Positions 17,754 through 26,745 are shown, numbered from the stretch's first letter. The stretch: 64,000 nt of DNA from an uncultured Gammaproteobacteria bacterium (GCA_964616855.1 CAZTUJ010000001.1:3872-67871); one strand, 5' to 3'. Notes: generated by a model not told the origin, from the letters alone. A program made the numbers and translations.

Positions 17754-17762
17754 ACCATTTTG

Positions 17763-17835
17763 TGCCCCGGGTCAGAATTGAACTGACGACACAAGGATTT
17801 TCAGTCCTTTGCTCTACCACTGAGCTACCGAGGCC
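17763..17835 (-). tRNA. tRNA-Phe (anticodon GAA)
   Basis: Reverse complement GGCCTCGGTAGCTCAGTGGTAGAGCAAAGGACTGAAAATCCTTGTGTCGTCAGTTCAATTCTGACCCGGGGCA. The anticodon loop is CTGAAAA. Confidence 0.9.
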
Positions 17836-17853
17836 TGACTGAAAACAGATTAG

Positions 17854-17926
17854 TTGCGGGAGCTGGATTCGAACCAGCGACCTCCAGGTTATGGGCCTGG
17901 CGAGCTGCCAACTGCTCTATCCCGCT
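17854..17926 (-). tRNA. Initiator-like tRNA-Met (anticodon CAT)
   Basis: Reverse complement AGCGGGATAGAGCAGTTGGCAGCTCGCCAGGCCCATAACCTGGAGGTCGCTGGTTCGAATCCAGCTCCCGCAA. It has an unpaired 1:72 position (A/A), an A11:T24 pair, and an overall close resemblance to the bacterial tRNA-fMet sequence as recalled. Confidence 0.75.
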
Positions 17927-17951
17927 ATTTTTTAATTTTTGAACGGCAAAG

Positions 17952-18025
17952 TGGGCAATGGAGGATTCGAACCTCCGACCTCAACATTATCAGTGTTGCG
18001 CTCTAACCAACTGAGCTAATTGCCC
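17952..18025 (-). tRNA. tRNA-Ile (anticodon GAT)
   Basis: Reverse complement GGGCAATTAGCTCAGTTGGTTAGAGCGCAACACTGATAATGTTGAGGTCGGAGGTTCGAATCCTCCATTGCCCA. The anticodon stem is CAACA/TGTTG and the loop is CTGATAA. Confidence 0.9.
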
Positions 18026-18127
18026 TTAATTTTAGGAAAGTAACAATAAAAAATAAGTTTCTGGCAACTTCTTGATAAAATATAACAGAATAGAAATAAA
18101 AAAGCAAGCGTTTTTTTGGGCTGATTT

Positions 18128-19096
18128 TTAACTTAAATCTGCAGTTAGTAAGAAGAGTTCACTTTTAATATCGGCCTGACCTTGCTTGTTTTTAAAATCA
18201 AGCAGAAGAAGTTTGTCGAGACTGCTTTGAAGTTCGTTTAAAGAGAACTTAGCACTTTGGCTTAAGCCCTTTTTAACTACGAAAGGGTGGAGTTTTAATT
18301 TACCGGCTAACTGGCTTTCGCTCAGGCGCTCTTGGGACTGCATTACTTTAATTTGGAGCATGATTTTGAATTGGCGCTGGAACATAGCGAGTAAGTATTC
18401 AGCGCTCAAGCCGGCGGCAAATTGTTCGGCTAACAGTTGGAGAGCGGCTTTACCGTTTTTAGCCCCTAAAGCATCGGTGAGAGCAAAAATATTATCTTCA
18501 ATTTCCCCCTTTACCATTTCTTGGACGAGAGTGTTATCAATCATTTTCCCATTACTGGCGGCCAACAACTTTTTTATTTCATTATCAAGGCGCCAGAGAT
18601 CGTTGCTAGTACGGGCAATGAGCAGGGAGAGGGCGCTGGGAGTGATTTGTCCTTTGTGGGCGGTAATAGTCTTTTGAGCAAAATCTAGAGTTTGAGTGTT
18701 ATTTAAGAGCTTAAACTCTTGGACAAAGGGTTGTTTTAAGAGCCAGGCGTATAATTTTTTCGCTTCGGCTTTTAATTTCGTGGGAGCAGTCTCTTCTTCG
18801 CTAAAGACGATGGCATTATCTTCGGCGCCGGCGTTTTTAGAACACAACTCCAGAAGCATACTGAAAACTTCTTCGTCTTTATTAAGAAAAATGTTTTCAA
18901 TAATCACCATTCTTTTCTTGGTAAATAAAGAGGCCCCACTGATTTTTTCCTGAAGTTCTTGGCGGCTGGTTTGCTTGCCGTCGAGCACTACTAAACTTTG
19001 CCCCAGGGCGTCAACGGCGGCCATGAAGCGTTCTTTTAGTTCTTTAAGTTTTTGCCGTCTTCGGAAAGAGTCGGCGCCGTGAAGCAGAAAAATCAT
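18128..19096 (-). CDS. holA: DNA polymerase III delta subunit
   Basis: 322 aa from MIFLLHGADSFRRRQKL..., a typical HolA N-terminus. The ATG at 19096 overlaps the murI TGA stop (ATGA). Confidence 0.8.
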   Translation of the reverse strand: MIFLLHGADSFRRRQKLKELKERFMAAVDALGQSLVVLDGKQTSRQELQEKISGASLFTKKRMVIIENIFLNKDEEVFSMLLELCSKNAGAEDNAIVFSEEETAPTKLKAEAKKLYAWLLKQPFVQEFKLLNNTQTLDFAQKTITAHKGQITPSALSLLIARTSNDLWRLDNEIKKLLAASNGKMIDNTLVQEMVKGEIEDNIFALTDALGAKNGKAALQLLAEQFAAGLSAEYLLAMFQRQFKIMLQIKVMQSQERLSESQLAGKLKLHPFVVKKGLSQSAKFSLNELQSSLDKLLLLDFKNKQGQADIKSELFLLTADLS

Positions 19097-19914
19097 AGAG
19101 AAATTATTTGCCAATCATCAATTTTTTTACCTAAGAAGCCCTCTCCTAATTTTAGGAAGCTCTCCGGCTTATCAGTCAGACAAAAGCGCCGTTTGCCTTC
19201 AAGCTTGCCCGTACTTTTAAAATCAGGGTGACGTTCTAAATACTCGCCCAGGCTGAGCGCGACAATTTCGCCTGGATCAGGTACGCGGCAATTCTTTCCC
19301 ATTATTCGGCGAGCATCTTTCAGGAGGAAGGGGTAGTGAGTACAGCCTAAAATCAAAGTCTCCACTTTTTTATTTTTTAAAGGGTGTAAGTATTTTTTAA
19401 GGATTTTATTGCTCACGTCTTTACCAGCAAAACCTTCTTCAATTAAGGGTGCCAGCAGAGGGGCGCTATTGCTGATTATCTGTGCCTCTTTGTTTATTTT
19501 TTTGATTTCATGTTCATAGGCGCCGGAGCTAATAGTGGCTCGGGTACCGATGACGCCGATTTTTTTACTTTTAGCGGCATATTCGGCGAGGGGAAGAATT
19601 ACTCCTAGGATACGACGGTCCGGATATTTTGCGGGTAGATATTCTTGTTGTAAGCGTCGGAGTGCTTGGGACGAGGCGGTATTGCAGGCAAGAATAACGA
19701 GGCGGCAGCCTTCGGCAAAGAGAAAATCAACCGCTTCTTTGGTGTAGCGGTAGATTACTTCTTGGGAATGACCGCCATAGGGAACGCGGGCGGTGTCGCC
19801 TAAATAGAGATAGTCATATTGCGGCAGTTTTTTTAAGAAATGCTTGAGGACAGTGAGACCGCCTAAGCCGGAATCGAAAACGCCGATGGTATTATTTTTT
19901 TTATTGCTGGGCAT
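19093..19914 (-). CDS. murI: Glutamate racemase
   Basis: 273 aa from MPSNKKNNTIGVFDSGLGGLTVL, with the catalytic-Cys contexts ILACNTAS and GCTHYP. The longer 20073 start would lie inside murD. Confidence 0.92.
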   Translation of the reverse strand: MPSNKKNNTIGVFDSGLGGLTVLKHFLKKLPQYDYLYLGDTARVPYGGHSQEVIYRYTKEAVDFLFAEGCRLVILACNTASSQALRRLQQEYLPAKYPDRRILGVILPLAEYAAKSKKIGVIGTRATISSGAYEHEIKKINKEAQIISNSAPLLAPLIEEGFAGKDVSNKILKKYLHPLKNKKVETLILGCTHYPFLLKDARRIMGKNCRVPDPGEIVALSLGEYLERHPDFKSTGKLEGKRRFCLTDKPESFLKLGEGFLGKKIDDWQIISL

Positions 19915-21217
19915 AGTATTTAAATTGATCGCCGCGTTCTTTATAGTTTTTGAAAATACCAAAACTGGCACAGGCGGTAGATAAGAGAATGACATCACCA
20001 ACTTGAGCGGCTTGTCGTGCCTGTTTAACCGCTTTGGCCATGCTGTCGGCTTGGTAGATTTTTTTAGGATCAAGGCCAGCCGCTTTAACGGCTAGTAATA
20101 GTCGGGGGGTTGCCCCTCCTTTCAAGAGCACTAAAGCTTTTACTTTTTTAGCAATCACTTGTGCTAGAGGCTTGAAGTCTGCCCCTTTATCAGCGCCGCC
20201 GGCAATTTGGATGATGGGCGCGGAAAAGGAAATTAAATCAAGAGCGGTGCTTTCGGGGGTGGTTGAGAAGCTGTTATCAAAGTATTTGATGCCGTTTTTT
20301 TCACCGGCAAATTCTAAGCGATGTTCTAAATTTTTAAAATTCTTAATAGCGGCGGTATAGACTGCTGTCGGAATTTTTATTGCCCGGCTTAAAGCTACGG
20401 CCGCTCCGATATTTTCTTGATTATAGATTCCTTGGAGGCGGGAACTTAAATTTGAAGCCTGGAAGTAGATAATTTTTCCGGGCATTGTTTCTTTTTCCAG
20501 CTTCGTCTGTAGTTTTTTATTAGCAACTAAAATTTTATTATTTTGATGCTGAGCAACTTTAAGTTTAGCTTGCCAATAGGCACGGTAGGAACGGTGGTAG
20601 TTAGGATTTAAGGGGTCAGCAGGCGCCAGGTGCTCTTTAAAAAGATTAGTGATAATTGCGTAACGCGGACCGAAGTTTAAGTCTTCTAATTGGAAACTGG
20701 AAAGCTCCATTACTACCCAGTCGCTTTGGCGGATTTGGTTAAAAAAACTGAAAGGAGCAACGCCAATATTACCGCCCAGCCACACACGCTGACCCGCTTT
20801 TTTTAAAATTGCTAGCATCAAGGAGGCGGTGGTGCCTTTTCCTTTGCTCCCGGTTACGCCGATAGTTTTATTACTGGGACAGGCGGCAAAAAAATATTCC
20901 ATAGCACTAGTTACGAGCACTCCTTTAGTTAGAGCTTTCTGTACACCTGGACAAAGTAAGGGCCAGCCGGGAGAACGGAATAAAACTTCAAAGTCTTCTA
21001 GGTCTTGGTTGAATTTAGCTTCTACCCGCCAAGCTAGCTGAGGGAGATGCTTTTTTAAGATGGGGTTGGCTCGGGCAATGGCTTTTAACTGCTCCTCCGT
21101 CCTTTGGTCGCAGATAGTAACGGTATAGCGGTAGCCATGCTTAAAGAGCCAGGCTAAGAAAGCTTGATTTTCTTTACCTAGACCGAGTAGAGCAATATTT
21201 TGGGAATTGAGAAACAT
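19901..21217 (-). CDS. murD: UDP-N-acetylmuramoylalanine--D-glutamate ligase
   Basis: 438 aa with the Mur ligase P-loop GVTGSKGKGTT and a MurD-like N-terminal Rossmann domain. Confidence 0.9.
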   Translation of the reverse strand: MFLNSQNIALLGLGKENQAFLAWLFKHGYRYTVTICDQRTEEQLKAIARANPILKKHLPQLAWRVEAKFNQDLEDFEVLFRSPGWPLLCPGVQKALTKGVLVTSAMEYFFAACPSNKTIGVTGSKGKGTTASLMLAILKKAGQRVWLGGNIGVAPFSFFNQIRQSDWVVMELSSFQLEDLNFGPRYAIITNLFKEHLAPADPLNPNYHRSYRAYWQAKLKVAQHQNNKILVANKKLQTKLEKETMPGKIIYFQASNLSSRLQGIYNQENIGAAVALSRAIKIPTAVYTAAIKNFKNLEHRLEFAGEKNGIKYFDNSFSTTPESTALDLISFSAPIIQIAGGADKGADFKPLAQVIAKKVKALVLLKGGATPRLLLAVKAAGLDPKKIYQADSMAKAVKQARQAAQVGDVILLSTACASFGIFKNYKERGDQFKYYAQQ

Positions 21218-21218
21218 A

Positions 21219-24011
21219 TTATTTTAATTCTCCCCAGTTATGGCCGCTGGCTGCTTCGACAATTACCGGCACGGATAAGGGCAGGGCGTCGGCCATTAGT
21301 TTTTTTAAGTCTTCTGTGTATTTTTCCAGCTTATCCGCTTTAACTTCAAAAATCAATTCGTCATGGACTTGAAGGAGGAGACGAATTTCTTTTTCTTGTC
21401 CGCTTAGATACTTATTAATATCCAGCATTGCTTGTTTGATCATATCGGCGGCGGTTCCCTGAATGGGCATGTTAATGGCCATACGTTCGGCGGCCCGGCG
21501 GATTTGGGGCATGTCGGAGAGTAAATCGGGTAGAGGGCGACGGCGTTTGAAGAGGGTCTCAGCGTAGCCTTTAGTACGGGCATCGTCGATAAAGTGGTCC
21601 ATCATTTTTTTAATGCCGGGGTAAACTTCTAAATAGCGGTCGATAAAATCTTTAGCTTCAGCATAGCTGATGCCGGCGCCTTGGCTGAGTCCGTGTGGTC
21701 CTTGGCCGTAGAGAATGCCGAAATTAATTGCTTTAGCGGCTCGGCGCATTTCTTTTGTTACCGCTTCTAAAGACACACCGTTAATAGCGGCAGCAGTAGC
21801 AGCATGGATGTCTTCATTTTTTTGAAAGGCCGACATCATTTTTTTATCTTGGGAGAGATGGGCGGCTAGACGTAGCTCAATTTGAGAATAATCAAGGCCG
21901 AGCAGGACATAATCTTTTTCTGAGACAAAAGCCGCTCGGATTTCTCGGCCTTCTTCGGTGCGCGTGGGAATATTTTGCAGGTTTGGATCAGTGGAAGACA
22001 GACGTCCGGTAGCGGCGACACTCTGATTATAGCTAGTATGAATACGGCCATCACGGTCATTAATCAGGGCGGGTAAAGCGAGGACGTAGGTATTTTGGAG
22101 TTTACTTAATTCCCGATATTCTTGGATGAGAGCAATAATTTCGTGTTGATCAAGCATTTTTTCTAATTCATCATCGGCGGTGGAGATACCAGTTTTAGTT
22201 TTTTTCAGACCCCTATTATCTAAACCTAAAGTTTCAAAGAGAATATGCTGGAGCTGTTTGGGGGAATTGAGATTAAACTCTTCGCCGGCCAGGCGATAGG
22301 CTTCTTTGGTTAATTCATCTAAGCGTTTTTCCAATTTTTTTGCTAAAAGTTGGAGGGGTTTAGGGTCGAGCTTAATTCCCCTGTCTTCCATTTCTGCCAA
22401 GACGCTTAGCAAGGGCATCTCTAATTCATAGAAAAGTTTGTTTAAATCGATGGCTTTTAATTCTTGGCTAAGAATTTTTTGCAATTGCCAGACGCAATCG
22501 GCGTCTTCACCAGCGTATTGTGCCATTTTTTCAGCGGGCACCTGAGAAAAGGCCACAGTCTCTTTGCCTTTACCAATTAATTCTTCGGTACTTATTTTTT
22601 CCCAGCCGAGAGAACGAAAAGAAACACTATCTAAATTATGCTGACGATTTTCGGGATTAAGGAGATAGGAGGCCAAGAGGCTATCGAAGCTGATTCCTTG
22701 GAGTTTGATACCGTGGTTTTTTAAAACCCGGCTATCGAATTTAAGATTGTGTCCGTATTTCTTGATTACTTCGTCTTCTAAGATCGGTCGTAGCTGTTCC
22801 AGCCAGGCATGGGTAGATTTCTTTTCTTGTTGGTAGCTGAAAAGATTAATATTTTCCGCCGTTTGTGCTCCTAAATGGAGATAATAGGCAGTCCCTGCTT
22901 GCCAGGAAAAAGACAGTCCTAGCAGTTGAGCGGTTAAAGGATCGAGTCCTTCCGTTTCTGTATCTAGGGCAAAGGCCGTTTGTTTTTTTAGCTCTTTTAA
23001 AAATTTACTAAAGTTGGTTTCGTCACTGATTAGTTGATATTTTTTTTCGGCTTGATTACGAGCGAATTTATCTTGATAGTTTTCAGTTTGGGTGGTGACG
23101 GCGTCACTTTGGTGCAAGTTTTTTACCTGTTTTAATTTTCCTAGTAGAGACCGAAACTCTAGTTCTTGGAAAAGGGTGATAGCTTGATTTTCTTCAAAAG
23201 AATCAAGACGGAATTCTTCCCATTTTATTTGGATTGGCGCCTCGCGGTTGATGGTAGCTAAATTTTGGCTGAGATAGGCCTGGTCTTTTTCGGCTAATAA
23301 TAATTCTCGGAGACGAGGTTTTATTTTTTCATTATTAGATTCGGCAGCGGCATAGACGCCGTCGAGAGTGTCAAATTTTTGTAGGAGTTCCGTTGCTCCT
23401 TTTTCACCAATGCCTTTTACCCCGGGAATGTTATCACTAGCATCACCGCGCAGGGCTTTATAGTCCACAATTTGGTCGGGACGGAGACCATAGCGTTCTT
23501 GTACTTCTTTGGCGCCATAGAGTACGCTTTCGTTCAAGCCTCGGCTCATGGTGTAAACACTAGTGCGGGTATTAATTAGTTGTAAGGTGTCCATGTCGCC
23601 CGTAATAATGATGCTGTGCCAGTCAGTCTCGGCGGCCGCTTTTTGGGCAAGAGTACCAATCAGGTCATCGGCTTCGTAACCGTCTAGTTCAAAAATAGGA
23701 ATATCTAAAACTTTGGCCACTTCTTTTACTAAGGGAATCTGTTCATAAAGTTCATCGGGAGCCTTGGTGCGAGTAGCTTTATACTCCGTATATTGTTCGT
23801 GGCGGAAGGTGGGGGCGGGGCGGTCGAGGGTAAGGACCACAAATTCTGGGCGTAACTCTAAAAAAGCTCTTAAAATAAAAGAAGTGAAGCCGTAGACGGC
23901 ATTAACTAGACGCCCGTCTTTGGTGGTCATTGTTGGCGGTAAAGCATGAAAACTACGATGAATTAAGGCGTTGCCGTCAATAATTATGAATTTAGGTGTT
24001 GTTTTTTGCAT
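21219..24011 (-). CDS. polA: DNA polymerase I (5'-3' exonuclease, 3'-5' exo-like and polymerase domains)
   Basis: 930 aa with the N-terminal 5'-nuclease region (IIDGNALIHRSFHA), pol motif A (DYSQIELRLAA), motif B (RRAAKAINFGILYG) and motif C (QVHDELIFE). Confidence 0.97.
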   Translation of the reverse strand: MQKTTPKFIIIDGNALIHRSFHALPPTMTTKDGRLVNAVYGFTSFILRAFLELRPEFVVLTLDRPAPTFRHEQYTEYKATRTKAPDELYEQIPLVKEVAKVLDIPIFELDGYEADDLIGTLAQKAAAETDWHSIIITGDMDTLQLINTRTSVYTMSRGLNESVLYGAKEVQERYGLRPDQIVDYKALRGDASDNIPGVKGIGEKGATELLQKFDTLDGVYAAAESNNEKIKPRLRELLLAEKDQAYLSQNLATINREAPIQIKWEEFRLDSFEENQAITLFQELEFRSLLGKLKQVKNLHQSDAVTTQTENYQDKFARNQAEKKYQLISDETNFSKFLKELKKQTAFALDTETEGLDPLTAQLLGLSFSWQAGTAYYLHLGAQTAENINLFSYQQEKKSTHAWLEQLRPILEDEVIKKYGHNLKFDSRVLKNHGIKLQGISFDSLLASYLLNPENRQHNLDSVSFRSLGWEKISTEELIGKGKETVAFSQVPAEKMAQYAGEDADCVWQLQKILSQELKAIDLNKLFYELEMPLLSVLAEMEDRGIKLDPKPLQLLAKKLEKRLDELTKEAYRLAGEEFNLNSPKQLQHILFETLGLDNRGLKKTKTGISTADDELEKMLDQHEIIALIQEYRELSKLQNTYVLALPALINDRDGRIHTSYNQSVAATGRLSSTDPNLQNIPTRTEEGREIRAAFVSEKDYVLLGLDYSQIELRLAAHLSQDKKMMSAFQKNEDIHAATAAAINGVSLEAVTKEMRRAAKAINFGILYGQGPHGLSQGAGISYAEAKDFIDRYLEVYPGIKKMMDHFIDDARTKGYAETLFKRRRPLPDLLSDMPQIRRAAERMAINMPIQGTAADMIKQAMLDINKYLSGQEKEIRLLLQVHDELIFEVKADKLEKYTEDLKKLMADALPLSVPVIVEAASGHNWGELK

Positions 24012-24064
24012 GTCTTTATTTTAGCACGGCTAGAAGCGAATAGGCAAAGCCCTTTTAGGTATAG

Positions 24065-24101
24065 AAAAAAGGCACCCCCCGGGAGATTAGGGTGCCTTTT
24101 T
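24065..24101. terminator. Bidirectional hairpin terminator in the polA-ddl spacer
   Basis: AAAAAA, then stem GGCACCC / GGGTGCC with a 12-nt loop, then TTTTT. It has T-runs on both strands. Confidence 0.7.
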
Positions 24102-24117
24102 GCAAAGAGCAAATGCT

Positions 24118-24322
24118 TCTTGAGCTACGGGGGTAAATCTGGGTACGCATTCTTGCGTAAGTATGCTGAATGCGTTTTTGTGCGCCAAATTGGGGCGCAG
24201 ATTTTACTCTTTAAGCTCAAGAGACATGGAGGAGGAACAGCAATCGGCTGCGGCATGATGGCCATTAGGGCACATAAGCATAATAAGCAGCTACCAGTGT
24301 AAACAGTGATGATTAGTTCCAT
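24118..24322. other. Structured element: candidate ncRNA, or a 65-aa Cys/Pro-rich single-TM ORF (24125..24322, minus)
   Basis: The pairings are nested. TCTTGAGCT (24118-24126) pairs with AGCTCAAGA (24214-24222), and GTAAATC pairs with GATTTTAC. These enclose hairpins CGCATTC/GAATGCG (24146-24174) and TGCGCC/GGCGCA (24181-24199). The minus-strand ORF has a TTGACT-16-TAAGAT promoter-like site upstream and the 24065-24101 terminator downstream. Confidence 0.3.
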
Positions 24323-24473
24323 GTTTCTTAATTTGGTATCAGTATCTTAATATAATCAATAAAAAAGTCAAGACCCTGCCTGTTAATGGGGTTTTTCTTT
24401 TTTTAGGCTTATTTAGTTTTACCATCCGTCCGCTTTCTGATAAAATAGAAATATCATTATTAATTTTAAATTT

Positions 24474-25463
24474 ATGCGCAAAGTTGCTTTATTTTTTGGC
24501 GGTTTAGGTAACGAAGCTTCAGTTTCTGTAGTTTCCGCGACTAATGTAGCGGCTAATTTTGATCAGAAGCGCCAGCGTTTGGTTTTGGTGTATTGGCATC
24601 GCGATGGTTATTTTTATAAATTAGAAAAGATGGCTGCAGTGAAAAAGCCACCAGTGAAGCAGCGTTTAGCAGTTTCTGATTTTAAAAAATATTTTGACTC
24701 CGCACTTTTAATGACTCATGGTCGTTATGGTGAAGACGGTGTCCTGCAGGGAATTTTAGAGAGTCAGAAAATACCTTATAGTGGTTGTGGGGTTTTAAGT
24801 TCGGCCCTATGCATGGACAAGGCGGTTTTTAAATTGTTAATGTCTGGACAGAAGATTCCCCAAGTTCCATTTTTCCTTTTAGACTATTCTCGCCATAGCC
24901 AGAAAGAATTGTCAGCCATTATCGCTAGTGCTCAGAAAAAGTTACGTTTACCCGTTTATGTGAAGCCAGCTAATTCTGGTTCTTCCGTTGGTATTAGTAA
25001 GCTTGATTCTTGGCAACAATTAGCGGCCGCCCTGAAAGAGGCTCGTCGTCATGATTATAAGATTATTTTGGAGCAAGGTTTGGTGAAACCAAGAGAAATT
25101 GAGGTAGCGGTTTTAGGGAATGATAAATTAATTGTTTCTCGACCAGGAGAATTACGTTTGCCCCAAGATTTTTATGATTTTGAAGAAAAATATCAAAAAG
25201 GACGAACTGAAGTTTTAATTCCCGCGCCCCTAGAGAAAAAACAAGAAAAACATATCCAAGAATTAGCGGCCCAGGCCTATCGTTTAGCTGATTGCCGTGG
25301 TTTTTCCCGGGTCGATTTCTTTTTATCCGGAAAGAAATTATATTTAAATGAAATTAATACTCTGCCTGGGTTTACTGATATTTCGATGTATCCACAGTTA
25401 ATGATGAAGATGGGAATGAGCTATTCTGATTTGATTAATAAATTAATTGATTTAGCTGCTTAA
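24474..25463 (+). CDS. ddl: D-alanine--D-alanine ligase
   Basis: 329 aa with an ATP-grasp fold (YVKPANSGSSVGISK, EINTLPGFT) and a typical Ddl N-terminus (FGGLGNEASVS). Confidence 0.92.
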   Translation: MRKVALFFGGLGNEASVSVVSATNVAANFDQKRQRLVLVYWHRDGYFYKLEKMAAVKKPPVKQRLAVSDFKKYFDSALLMTHGRYGEDGVLQGILESQKIPYSGCGVLSSALCMDKAVFKLLMSGQKIPQVPFFLLDYSRHSQKELSAIIASAQKKLRLPVYVKPANSGSSVGISKLDSWQQLAAALKEARRHDYKIILEQGLVKPREIEVAVLGNDKLIVSRPGELRLPQDFYDFEEKYQKGRTEVLIPAPLEKKQEKHIQELAAQAYRLADCRGFSRVDFFLSGKKLYLNEINTLPGFTDISMYPQLMMKMGMSYSDLINKLIDLAA

Positions 25464-25481
25464 AGCAGTTGTTTCTTCTTT

Positions 25482-26474
25482 ATGACAACGACTATTGCTC
25501 TATTATTTTTAGCCGCTGTCTTTTTTATTATTTTAAGCCGTGGGGCGGATTTATTGGTGGGCAATCTACGGGCCTTGGCGGATAAAACAAAAATTCACCC
25601 GGTTCTCTTAGGGACGATTTTAGGTTTTCTTACGACTATCCCGGAGTTTATGGTCGGCTTGAATGCGGTGAGACGGGACATGATTGCTATTTCCCTTGGT
25701 AATATTTGGGGCGGAATTATTGTTATCTTTGGTTTAATTCTCGGGCTGTCAATTATTTTGCAACGGGAAATTAAAACGGATGGGAGGCTAAGAATAATCC
25801 TGCCTAGTTTTATCTTAATTACTTTCTCTCTTTTCTTAGGTTTAAAAGGAAGTCTTCGTTATTACGACGGTCTTTTACTTACTGCTTGTTATTTATTATT
25901 AGTTTACTTAGATTATTTGGCTGGTGGTAATTATCAAGCTGACGACTCGGCGGAGCAAGCTGTTTTAACAGAAGAATCACCAGCGCGTGGTTGGAATCGT
26001 TTTAAGGAAAAATTTCTATCTTGGCACCGGGAGCTAAGCCGAGAAACGCGTTGGGCTCTAATTGGTTTATTTTTAGTTTCCGTTTCTTCTTATGCCATCC
26101 TGGAGTTGGCTGATATTGCTTTAGGTATTTTTCCTTTACCTCCATTTTTAGTCGGTTTATTAGTATTTTCCTTAGGGACAAATTTGCCAGAAATAACCGT
26201 GGCCGTGAGAGCCTTAAAGACAAATAATGGCTATTTATCTTTCGGTCATCTGGTTGGTTCGGCGGTTAGTAATGTTTTAGTCTTATCGCTCTTAACTTTT
26301 ATTGCACCGGTCGATATGTTAGTTTCTTGGCGCTATTATGTTTTAATTTTATTTATTGCTTTTATCCTTTCTGCGGTTTCCTTCTTCTATGTGACGCGGC
26401 GCCGTTTTCAGCGCTGGGAAGGTTTGGTGCTGTTATCATTTTATCTCGCTTTCGTTGTGTTTGAATTGCTTTAA
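25482..26474 (+). CDS. Sodium/calcium exchanger (CaCA family) membrane protein
   Basis: 330 aa and polytopic, with two alpha-repeat-like motifs (GTILGFLTTIPEF; SLGTNLPEITVAV). Confidence 0.8.
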   Translation: MTTTIALLFLAAVFFIILSRGADLLVGNLRALADKTKIHPVLLGTILGFLTTIPEFMVGLNAVRRDMIAISLGNIWGGIIVIFGLILGLSIILQREIKTDGRLRIILPSFILITFSLFLGLKGSLRYYDGLLLTACYLLLVYLDYLAGGNYQADDSAEQAVLTEESPARGWNRFKEKFLSWHRELSRETRWALIGLFLVSVSSYAILELADIALGIFPLPPFLVGLLVFSLGTNLPEITVAVRALKTNNGYLSFGHLVGSAVSNVLVLSLLTFIAPVDMLVSWRYYVLILFIAFILSAVSFFYVTRRRFQRWEGLVLLSFYLAFVVFELL

Positions 26475-26526
26475 AATTTTTAGTTTCAAAAAAGACCTCG
26501 CTTTTAGTGAAGTCTTTTTTATTTAA

Positions 26527-26745
26527 CTATTTTAGGAATTGAAGATATTGCTGATTGATTAAGTCCAGACTCTTTACTAAGTTATTGCAGGGATATTTAG
26601 TTTTGGTATCAGTGACTAAGGCGATACATTTCATTCCTGCCGCCTGGGCGGCCAGCATACCGTTGATACCGTCTTCAATCACGACGCAGTCTTTCGGGCT
26701 CATCTTTATAGCCGCCGCCATTGAGAGTAATATCAGAGGCACCAA
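26527..26745 (-). pseudogene. C-terminal fragment of a HAD-superfamily hydrolase (beta-phosphoglucomutase-like)
   Basis: Only the last ~60 aa are present (AAAIKMSPKDCVVIEDGINGMLAAQAAGMKCIAL, i.e. HAD motifs III/IV). The N-terminal DxD motif is absent. Confidence 0.65.

Noticed and set aside
19915-20073. Longer murI start at 20073
   Set aside because: The extension lies inside the murD coding region and has no homology to glutamate racemase. The conserved N-terminus (IGVFDSGLGG) follows the ATG at 19914.
24006-24302. Plus-strand 98-aa ORF starting inside the polA start region
   Set aside because: It starts within polA antisense sequence and runs through the terminator hairpin. There are no promoter or RBS signals, and the product is basic and low-complexity.
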